The notes beneath the pieces are model-generated. The model searched no databases, was not told where the DNA came from, and worked only from the letters and a program-made list of their open reading frames with translations. A stretch of DNA of 64,000 bases from Leptogorgia sarmentosa (taxonomy: Eukaryota): positions 620,001 through 684,000 of the forward strand of contig OZ210886.1 of the NCBI GenBank assembly GCA_964658305.1, read 5' to 3'. A program made the position numbers and the translations under genes. The number at the start of each line of letters is the position of its first letter. Position 1 is the stretch's first letter. This document shows, piece after piece, positions 1-10,681 of the stretch.

Positions 1-742
1 CGTGTAATTTTGATAAAGAAAAAGACCAGAAGGAGAAAAAATGACCAAGTGTCCCACGAAGTAGAATTGTCTTCGATTTCAGATAGAGTTTTCGTGGCAA
101 ATTTGCAAACGTTATATTGTGCGCGAATTAGCTAGCTACCTGTATAATTTTAGACAAGTAATTGTAATTTTAGAAAACATAAAAGAATTTTACGGAAATT
201 GTTTCTAAAAGGTGGCAAGAGAAGCTGTATAGGTTATATATAATGCAATAAAATTTGACTATAGACACATTCTCTTCCTAATCTGTGTCAAGTAGTTGGG
301 AAGTTTTATGTTATTTTCTACACTAATGTCAATTATTCAGTATAATAAATTAAACCTATCAATCAATTGCGCAGAATAATCAAGGATATTGAAAATTTTT
401 AATTGATTTTGTCTTAATTAAATTTAATAAAATAAAATTCTAAATTAAATTTCTTCTGTCAACGTCAATATAGATAATGTAGGTCAGCCTGGGGTTTGTG
501 AAGTGTTTTCGTCAGCTTTATGAAAAAGCATCATGTTCATAACTTCATATAACATATCTGTGACTGTGTAGCATACACATACACTAATATTTATTGAAGC
601 TGATTTTAGTCTATTTACTTTTCAAGGCAAAAAGTACAATATTAAATATTCTCTGACACTTTCTACGTTTTTAATAATTCCAAACGGTCACAAATTTTGT
701 CTCATTTGGATAATTTCGGATTGAAGTAAGGATCTATACAAG

Positions 743-1663
743 ATGACAGAAAAACCAACGTCAGAGGATGGAATGATAAAACAAGACTTCCCACAATTTG
801 AATTGGTTTTCCTCGTGGTGATATCTTCATTACAGTGTATCTTTGGACTAACAGGAAACCTCATAAGTCTACTCACTATCATTTGTACTGAACGACTCAA
901 TCAAGTCCCTTCAAATTTGTTCATTTTCAATCTGGCCGTTTCTGATCTTTTAACATGCGTGGTTTTTCTTCCTTTTCATATTCATAATCTATTTATGCCT
1001 AGCATTGGGGAGAACCTGAGGTTCTACTACCATGCCTTGTGTTTATTTCATGTCTTTTCCAATGGAAATGCTATATTGGTCATAACCATTGATAGATTTA
1101 TTGCAGTTTCATGTCCTCTTCGTTACAGAACATTTGTTACAAAGCGTAGGGCAATTCAGGTGATCTTCATGTCGTGGATTATGCCTCTATCCTTTGCGAT
1201 AGCATTTTTTACGTCTTTACAGAAGGACTCTCCAGAGAGTTCAGAGCACGGGCTACGTGCTTACATCATTGCCAGTTTGATTGCAGTATTGGTACTGTAC
1301 TTTATGGTTTTTCTGGCTGTCAGAAAGCAACGACAAAAGATACGAACATTGTCACTTACTACGCAAGACAGTGCTAAGAATTTTCGGATTCGTGTACATT
1401 TATGGAAAAGTACAGTAAATACGTTCCTCTTGGTGCTTTTCTATTTCCTCACATATCTACCAATTCTGAGTTACGATTTCAAGTTTTCGTTGAACAAGCA
1501 GCAAAAATATACTGTGGTCTCTGAAAGGGTTTATGCTTGGGTCCTTTCATTTCAGTTTTTGAATTCATGTATTGATCCGTTTCTCTACGTATTTCGATGT
1601 CAACAGTATAAAGTGGCATTCCTCCAGTTATTATCGAGAGTTTTCGTATGTGCAGTAACCTAG
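743..1663 (+). CDS. Intronless rhodopsin-family (class A) GPCR, orphan
   Basis: 306-aa ORF with seven hydrophobic segments and class A motifs: TM1 GN, TM2 NLAVSD, TM3 IDRF (DRY variant) followed by AVSCPLRY, TM4 W, TM6 TYLP, TM7 NSCIDPFLY (DPxxY) and helix 8 YKVAF. Confidence 0.93.
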   Translation: MTEKPTSEDGMIKQDFPQFELVFLVVISSLQCIFGLTGNLISLLTIICTERLNQVPSNLFIFNLAVSDLLTCVVFLPFHIHNLFMPSIGENLRFYYHALCLFHVFSNGNAILVITIDRFIAVSCPLRYRTFVTKRRAIQVIFMSWIMPLSFAIAFFTSLQKDSPESSEHGLRAYIIASLIAVLVLYFMVFLAVRKQRQKIRTLSLTTQDSAKNFRIRVHLWKSTVNTFLLVLFYFLTYLPILSYDFKFSLNKQQKYTVVSERVYAWVLSFQFLNSCIDPFLYVFRCQQYKVAFLQLLSRVFVCAVT

Positions 1664-4136
1664 CATAACCTTATGCAGTATCCGTATACATCTGACGAAG
1701 TAAGAACGCAGGGGACCAGTACTCTTCCTAAAGATATTTCATCCAGATTCAATAAAAAGGTAGCACTGTCTCCTCTTGATGGCATAATAACAGTGCTCTT
1801 TAAGAAGAACGACAATACTCATTTTCTCCACCAATTTTGTGACGTTCTCGGTGGTGGTGACTTCTACATAGTGATTTGGCGCTCTTGTTTCGAAACGCAG
1901 ACGTATAAAGAAGAGACGAAATGTGCATGGAAATTGGAAAACGCTTCTTTACTCTGAATTCAGTTTTCGCTTGTAAGAACTATACTTTTAGAGGGTAGAA
2001 AAATGACTCGCATGCAATGAATTTAAGCAGTATAAATAATATATATACTTTGAACAGGGAACAAGCTTGACATTCACTGTGTTTTGATGCTCTTTGGTGG
2101 ACCTGTACCATGCACTGAGCTATATGTGCGTGCATGTGTACGACGTCATAGCGTCATCTTGGGTACTGAATTTGTTAAGCCTATCGTATATATAGAGTTG
2201 TAAATATGTATAAAATATAATGAAAAAAGACATAAATGCTTGGAAAAATGCATATTCTTTGTGTTTTGTGGTGCACATTATAACAATGAACACACAACAA
2301 GTACCAAGACACCAAGTCATGTGAACACTCAAAAAGAGTTTACATGGTACATGTTTAACACACTGATCAATTGAAGTTTTTCATTGATAAATGTATTTTC
2401 TTCTAGTGAAAAACACGAAGCCAACCTGAGACCAGCTTTGCATAAAGTAAGGGTATGAGCTGGTAAATTCGATCGGGTGTATGTTTGAAAAGTAAATTTT
2501 CCTTGATACAAAATTTAACATGAACTTTTCAGGGTCCAATAATCAAGTACAATGCGAACCAAAAATACGCGACAACAGCAGTGACTGCAAGTGTGATACG
2601 AACTGTGGCAGAGAAACATAAAATTCCAATACAGGTAACGGAAACCTTCCTGTCCTGCCCAAACAATATAATTGATCACATTCACAGAGACTAGATGAAT
2701 ATAAATACTAGATAGATCTTCATTATCTCTGTAGGAGTTTGGTGTGAGGAATGACAGCCCGTGTGGTTCTACTATTGGACCTATCTTGTCAGCGGGGCTC
2801 GGAATCAGTACAGTGGGTAAGTGGTAACTGCATGCTACTAGATTGAAAGTTTCCTTAGTAATCCCAGACTTAGTACATGACTTCTGTATTTTAGACGTAG
2901 GTGGTCCCCAGCTCAGCATGCATTCCATCCGTGAAATGTGCTGTACAAGCAGCATTTATCAGTGTACTCAGCTATACCAGGTAACATATTAAATTACATC
3001 TGCATTGTATACAGTTTGAAGCGACTGTCAATATGACTTTCAAGCCCGTTTTTTCATAGGCAAATTTACTTAAATAAAAATAGTGTACGTTCGGTATGTC
3101 AGCCCTTTTTAAAGTGACGTAAAACTTACCCATGCTAAGAAGCTATTATCCCAACTTTTTTCTAACCGAATAATTTTCCTCATCAGTTTCATCATTTCCA
3201 ACCATAACTTGCCATCGCGTTATGATAGTATGATTCAATAAATTCTTTTTCGAGGTATTAAATGTGAGTGCTTTCTTTATTTCAGAATTTCTTCGTGGAA
3301 TTTCCTGATATCCAGAAGTCTTTTGTAGGGATTTAGGATAACGTACAGTACTTGAATTGAATTCTTAATATTTAAATGAAGTGCACGAAAAGTAGTATAA
3401 TAATGCTGAAAACGTTACATCACTTACATGTATACTTGAAATATGAAATAAAAAAGTTGTGAAACGACAATACACTGTATTGTAACCAGGTGTCAAATGG
3501 TGTTTATGTAGTAAAATGTCTTTGACAATCAATTCATATTTGTCCACATACTGGTATGACATATCGTGTTTATGGTTGACGTGCATTGTTTTACGGAATT
3601 GATGCACAATAACTTGAAGTAAACGTACATGGTGTCATCATATAGTCATAGTGTATTTTGTATACATTTTATTTGTATGTCTTTTATTTGCTAGCAATCG
3701 CAGTTAACCACGAAACTTGACAAAACGTTTGATCTTATTACTATTATTTGTCCATGGGCTCGTCTGAATAATCTGCTGATATAAGGAGTAAAATAGTTTT
3801 AACTATAAATATGTACATGATATTATGCTATATTCTTTTAAAAATATTTACAGTGTCGTTTGAAGTCAGTCAAAATACGGTCTTAGAAAGTCGAGCAAAA
3901 TGCTTATCTTGGTTCACAGGATAACAATGCATTTTGGTAAAATGAAGCATTTACACAACGTTCTTTTTATCAAATCGCTCAGCTGCACTCAATCAAACTC
4001 GCGTAGCTGTACTGTGGATGGTTGCCAGCCAAATGAGATATTGAGTAGCAGTGATACCACTAAAACCTTACTAAGAAGGGGAGTCGTCTATTGCCAGGAT
4101 CAGACCTTATCTTGATTGACTAATTTCTCTTGGGTT

Positions 4137-6596
4137 TCAAACTTGATAATCTGCTGGCTGACCATACTGATCTTGAAGTGACGGATCTTGCAGCGTGGGC
4201 AGTACAGCACGTGACGTAGTCGTTACATGATTGATTAGCTCAGCGGCCGTAGGTGGACTGGATGTTGTAAGCGGGTCAACAACACTCATATCAGATTGTT
4301 GTTGTGTTACATACTGTTGCTCTTGTGTCATACTGGTTTGCTCTGATGTGGGTATTAATTGAGAGACCAATTGTTGAGCCATCTGCAGGTTGTGTGGCAA
4401 CCCAGGGATTTGGTTTAGAATGTTCTGAAGTGCTGAAAGTAATATGATGAAACAGTTATTAAAGTGTCTCAGTCACGTAAAAAAGATGATGGAAGTGATC
4501 TTTCTAATGCCACTCATGCTGAGGGTTGCACCTTTTTTGGAAATATAGATGCAAGTAACAAACCTTGTGGGTTGGTATTCAACTTTTCTTGATCATTTGC
4601 CAGATTTAAAAGTGTGTTAATGGTGGTTTGATCCAGCGCTGCACCTTGTTGTGGGATTATGGCAAATAATGTTCGACCACCATTAGGATCTTCTGATGAA
4701 TCTTGCCCTTGTTGGCTGTTTGAATCATCTAAAAACATTAATACTATACCATTGAATATTGGTTTAAAAATAATCGAATGCACTTTCACAAGCAAATAAC
4801 TGGTGCCTATCCATCAACCTTACGACGTTACATAAATTTTCTGAGCTTTAGTTGTTCATTCTATAGTAACTAGTAAGTGCAAAGAAATGAAAACCTGTGG
4901 ACTGCAAAATTTCTGTGACAACAACTGCATGTTCTTCTGCAGGGACATCTGATGATATTTCTGTTTGCATCGGAACTTGCACTTCTGCAGGTTGACTGGC
5001 ATTATTGGCTGGTAAAAAAATCACAAATCACACCAATGTTTGATTCAAGCTTTCAGCTATCATTTTATTGAGGCTTCACGAGGTACAGTATTTAAGGTAG
5101 ATGTACAATACCTGCTGATCGTCTTTGTGTTTCCTTGGAGAGGTAATATCTTTCAGATCGACGCACCTTTTTTTGCAGTTGTTTTTGCTCAGTTTGCAAC
5201 ACAGTCAGTTGGCTTGTAAGATTGTTTAGTTCTTGCTGCAAATCAGTGGTCTGAAAAGATGGTTTTGAAATAAATTGTAAACAATAAAACATTTGATTAG
5301 AACTAATGCTTGTTTTAGTTTGCTTATAATATTCTATAGCTCATGGATTTGCTTTATAATTTTGGCTTATCCATTGTTTAAGCAAACACATTTGATATGA
5401 TACAACCGGCCAGCCCCAAACTAGGAACGTTTTTTACATTCTAAGATAAAAATTTTTTTTCTCATACCGGTTGTTTGGTACTCTCTAATTCCCGTCTCTT
5501 CTTGATCAACATGACTTGTCTATCTGTAAGCTCTTGTATTTGTGTAGTGACTTCTTGAAGTCTTTCTTGACGACTTATTCTTGTATCTGACCTGGTGAAT
5601 AAATCTGGAAAGGATAATGCATTTTATATTTTAGTTAATACTTTGCTACATTCAGGTCGTTTGATTGGTGTAATTATGGTCACATGATATAAGGATAACT
5701 GAAATATCTGGATTGCTAGACAACAGTTAAGGTTTTTATGTGTGCGCATGACTGGCACACAACCTTTTCATTCAATTGTGGTTCACCATACCTTTATCAC
5801 CACTCATTGATTCAGTACCAGGTTCACCAGCAAATTTTGAACGAGAATGACCATGGACAAAAGAAAACCCACTGTCACGAACAATACGCCTTGCCTGAGT
5901 AAAAAGTTCATCTCTTCGAACCAAGAGTGTGGGATCTCTTAAACACAACTGAGCTGCAGCTTCGTTGATGATTTGTTCATGACTGTTCAAATCTATGCAC
6001 TTTCTCTTCTTTGTATCTCGGCCATAAATTCGTGAATGCTCACGAATGAGTTGTTTACGTTCTTCGTCTAAATTTTCCCAGTCAATTATGGCTTCCATTG
6101 CTGGCAGTTTCAATTCAAACATACTAGCCTTTATATTTTTGGTATTAAGTGGTTTGGCAGGCCTACTTCTCTTGGATGGTGAAAATTGAACCTCGTTTTC
6201 TGCAGTAGAGTTGACAGTGGTTATTCTTACCGTTGTCGGTTTAGTAAGATTTGATATATTATTGATCTTTGTTGGGGTGATCTGTCCAGTATTCCATGTT
6301 TCTATCCATGAGGGACCAAGAGTACTGGAACTGGGTTTATTTTTTCCTGATCTTTGTTTCTCGGTCCAAAATTCAACCAAAGCTTTCTGTAGTCTTCGAA
6401 TATGCAATGGCTTTGTATGCATCCCGACCAATTTTGTAATTTCCTTAAATTCATTTTCGGTTGCTTCGCAAAGTTGGTCGATGTCGTCTCCACCTTGTGC
6501 CAGAAATCTGTCATAGTAATCTAACAATTTCGCATTCTCCAGCAACGAATACAATGAACAAACCACGTTATGTTGTAGCGTGTTATTGCCTTCCAT
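4137..6596 (-). CDS. NAB: NGFI-A-binding protein (NAB1/NAB2-like EGR corepressor), 6 exons
   Basis: Exon 1 (~5792-6596) has NCD1 (LYSLLENAKLLDYYDRFLAQGGDDIDQLCEATENEFKEITKLVGMHTKPLHIRRLQKAL) and NCD2 (IREHSRIYGR...INEAAAQLCLRDPTLLVRRDELFTQARRIVR). In-frame GT-AG exons follow at ~5468-5604, 5112-5250, 4894-5008, 4564-4728 and 4137-4432, giving a coiled-coil and Q/T-rich tail. Confidence 0.92.
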
Positions 6597-6689
6597 TTTC
6601 TTACCCTACCCTAGTAAGCAAAGTAGACAAAAAGACAAAATACGTCTTAGTGTCCACTCACCCTCGCTCCCTGCCAAACATAGCTGCAC

Positions 6690-6862
6690 GTTGATTGGTC
6701 GATATTTCAATACGTCGCCTCTGATTGGTTCATATCTGGACTTCTATCATAATCTCCTTCTATCTGTGCTCAGTGGCAGGGAATGTGACAGGTTGGGGAT
6801 GTGGCGAAATGTGCACGAAATTGTGGACTCCTCCGCAGGAATTTTGTGATTCACATTGGTTT
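6690..6862 (-). promoter_or_regulatory. CCAAT-box cluster upstream of NAB
   Basis: ATTGGT (CCAAT on the minus strand) occurs at about 6694, 6724 and 6856, 100-260 bp upstream of the NAB ATG. Confidence 0.4.
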
Positions 6863-7099
6863 GAAAGTCAACCTTGGCCAAGTAATGAAAATTAAACCAA
6901 AATCAGGATAAAAAGTTCTCACCACGAAGACCAGATGCAACCATAGAAAATTTTTTGGTCAATATATTTAATATTTTGCGCACGAAAGAGCGATGTGAAA
7001 GACAGTGCCGTACGAAGGCCCACAACATCATACCTAGGGGAGGGGGGTAAAAAATATTAAAGGTCCACCATAACCTATCTAAGAACGCATCAGATATAC

Positions 7100-7135
7100 C
7101 AACCTCGAAGAGGAAAGGGCCTGGGAACGAGGTTG
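7100..7135. mobile_element. 36-bp mini-element with 8-bp TIRs and a perfect 9-bp TSD
   Basis: CAGATATAC-[CAACCTCG...CCTGGGAACGAGGTTG]-CAGATATAC, with the duplication at 7091-7099 and 7136-7144. A related longer copy lies at ~39452-39503. Confidence 0.75.
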
Positions 7136-7701
7136 CAGATATACCCCTAAACCTTCCTTCTAAAATTAACCGTGCGCTTATGTTTTACTTTCTCAATTTT
7201 CGATAGATAACCATCTGTGCAAACGTAGACTAGTAGTAGCTACGCCGTTTATGATAGGGAAGATCAAGACAACAAAATTTGACAAGTACCAACGATAAAC
7301 ATTTTCACAATCACAAAGCTGTCTTGGAACAGCTAGGAATGAGACTAGCAGAGTCTCAACTCCTTCGTAGCCTCAACCCAGTGCCACAACTTTGCACCCA
7401 GATCGATACAATAAAAATATAACATATAAACACAGAACTTTATACAAATATGCATCGTATACTGTATTTATTAGAGTTAGTGTTGTCTTTCATGCTATCA
7501 TGCATGGAATAGGAGACAACGACTAGTGTTATACATTTAAGGTCTACAAAGACAAGTGCCACAGAATCCTATTTATTTCTTACAAACAAGCTCAAACAAC
7601 TCTTATATGATTTTATAAAATGAATATTCTGCTATGTTATATTACAACTCCCAATTTGAAGACATTTCTACAAAAATATCATATATTCATAAAAATATAA
7701 T

Positions 7702-10224
7702 TCAGTTCCGTTTCCCAATCTTCAAGGAACCTTCTTCCTGCTTCGTTTTAATGTTTTCTCTTTTTCGTTCTTTGGTGGAGGAGTAATACCAGAATCAACA
7801 TGACTTTTGTATGTCCTAGAAAAAAAGGGTCATGGAAATTCTTTTTTCAAGTCAGAAAGATATTTAATTAAGGATGAATAGCAAAAATACCAGAAGACCG
7901 TATTCTTCATTTCTATAAAATACGCTGTTGTTTTCTTACTGTTTGTATGCATCAGACTTGAGACTTTCAAAAACGTGAGTGTTTCCAAGTATTAATTGAT
8001 CTTGTATTGCTTGAATCCATGAATTTCCTTCCGCTTTGAAAACATGTCTTGCTTCCCCAAGTTGCAAGTTACCTTTTGGTAAATGGAAGAAAAGGATTGA
8101 TCTTTTTGCCTCTCGTGTAATTTTGATTGGCTGGGGTAAAAAACTTCCATGTTACTGATTTGATTAAACCTGGATGACACATCTCGTTATCCAGCAATTT
8201 TCACACTCGCTGCCATTAATATACTTTAAACAAATAGTTCAGCCAGTTCTTCAAGATTTTTTAGATACTTTTAAGTGTTGCCTAATCCCATTTGGGGGCT
8301 AACCTCAATCCCAACATACGGAAGGAAGCCATCGTGAGCGGTGGAAACCCCACGCCTTACGAGACCCTGGACCGAGTATCAATCATTCTTTGACTTTATC
8401 TTACGAAATGCTTTGACTGACATGTTTTGTACATTCAACAAAACATTTACTGAACGCAGATAAACGTACCCAAAGACGGTGGAAGAGCTGTTAAGCGATT
8501 GTTTTGAAGATGCAGTTCCCTGAGATTTGCAAGTTCACCAAGTTCTTCTGGCAATTCAACTAGGTCATTATCTCGTAATACCAACTACAAAATATGGTTA
8601 AAATACACAGAATTAGTATTACTGAAGGTCATGCGTTTGAAAACTACCACTGACAAGAAGCAACAATTCAATTAACTACTGTTTGCATTGCAATTGAAGT
8701 GGTTTCTTCACAACGTCTCAAGACTCACAACTTACCACTTGCAAATTTTTCAACTTTCCAAAATCTGCTGGCAACTTCTCAAAGTCATTATCACCAAGGT
8801 AAAGAGCTCTCAGACTATCTACAGATAACCATTAGGGCAGAAACAGTAATTTTCATTTCTCATGCTCAAATAATTAATCATTAATATGTCACAAATTCAG
8901 TAACAAAGCAGAGGAATTTGTGGTGGTGGGACCATTTATCATACCTGCTAACAAGAAGAAATTAGCAGGAAGAGAATTTTCATTGAGGTTGTTGTAGGTT
9001 AACTCTAAAATTTCCAAGCAAGGCAAGGAACCAAGACCTCGAGGCAAGGAGCTTAAACGGTTAACCCTGTGGTAAGAAATATATTAAGCATTACTAACAC
9101 TTAGTTGATACAAAAACTAGTAAAAGTATGCTGGATTGGAAGGCATGTTAACTAAACATTAAAGATTGTTTGCTGAGACGATAGACTATTCTAGTGTTAA
9201 ATATAAATACTAAATTATTATTATTTACACAATTACCCAACATTCAAAAATTTCAGTTTTGATAATGTTGTTATTGACGTTGGAAGTTCCTAAATAACAT
9301 AAGTAATTCAGTTATAATCATAATACCTGCAAGATCATGGAATTAAGATTTCATAATTCATACCTCAATAAAATTATTAAACAGATTTAAGTGTTCCAAA
9401 TTGTACAAATCCACAATAGAGGATGGAATTGCTGAAATTAAGAAAGTAACACATTGAGACTCGTGCACACAACTAAATATAACAAAGGGGTAAAATTAAC
9501 AGTGAAGGTGTTTGAAACTTGAAAATGTCTTTGGACAAGAAACCTCAAGTGAGCTATAAGGCCCTGATATGCAGTATGCTACTTAAGAACAACTAATGTT
9601 ATCTTTACAAAAAAACAGGGTTTTCACACAATGCCCCTCATGAAAATCTACTCATGTTGATGGATAAATAATAATTGGTGTTATCATATGGTAAGAATAT
9701 CTTCATTTGGTGAAAGACCGATCATTCCATTCAACTGAGCTATCGCCTTATTAATTGATTTTTCACCTCATGAAAACATTCGTACCATTACATCCAAAAA
9801 TATTCACTATTTGTATACCATCTACCTATCAATAATCTGTCACCATCTACCTATCAATAATCTAGTCTATAAATACTGGCAGTACGTTCATATATTGAAT
9901 ATTTTAACATAACATGTCAATGACATAAATGCACATCACACTACCTGTTAACTTGTTGTGGGACAACGTCAACTTCGTCAGTTGTCTTAGCTGAACTAGA
10001 CGTAACAAATTGACACATAATGAAGAAACAGATAATTTTCAACCAAAATATCGTATCACAAACATGGATGTTTGGTACATCAGATATTTATACTCTAGCA
10101 CTTTCCATAACTTACGTAAAATCGGAACACTGTTTAAACTTTTTATCTCTCTGTCAGCAAGATCTATTTCAGTATAAGCATTATCTCGCGCCTCTTCGAC
10201 TATTTTTTTGATGGCTTTAGACAT
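7702..10224 (-). CDS. RSU1: Ras suppressor protein 1 (LRR protein), 9 exons
   Basis: Spliced translation MSKAIKKIVEEARDNAYTEIDLADREI...LTKLTLSHNKLTAIPSSIVDLYNLEHLNLFNNFIEELPTSI...NRLSSLPRGLGSLPCLEILELTYNNLNENSLPANFF...LRALYLGDNDFE...LRDNDLVELP...PPPKNEKR...KRN* follows RSU1 throughout. All junctions are GT-AG. Confidence 0.95.
9670..9862. repeat. Interspersed repeat relic followed by a 22-bp direct repeat (RSU1 intron)
   Basis: The stretch ATTCCATTCAACT...TTTCACCTCATGAAAA...TATTTGTATA resembles a repeat I recall from anthozoan genomes (not verified). ACCATCTACCTATCAATAATCT then occurs twice at ~9817-9863. Confidence 0.45.
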
Positions 10225-10681
10225 GACTTGGCCGACGTAAACACTCCTTTCCTCCCCAAATTACAATCAAAATAATTCCATTCAGAAGTTGACAAGGAAA
10301 ATCTATTTCCTCCATAAGGAAAATTACAAAGAAAAGAAATCAGGCTAGTTTAGTTGTATTTCAAACTTGTCTTATTCTATACACTGATACTTAAACTATG
10401 TTCTAGTACTTTCATGTATATTTTGATGAAATAAAAGAAATTTGGGACGAGATATACGGCGGTAAAAAACTACTAAAAATGGTTGGATATTTTGTGAGAA
10501 AAAGGAAAGTTTTTTTGAAAAAGAAGGAAAAAGTTAACACCCACTATACGCTAAACGTCATGTAAGGAGGGCTATATTGGAAATGTCGAAACTGACAGTG
10601 ATGTCTAATGGTCATGTGGTAAAATGGAAAAAACGTAGAAAAATGATAATCTATTATTTGCCGATTTAATAAAAGCTTAAA

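Noticed and set aside
2515..2955. 146-aa minus-strand ORF between the GPCR and NAB
   Set aside because: No recognisable domain or exon structure. It is probably a chance ORF in 3' UTR or intergenic DNA.
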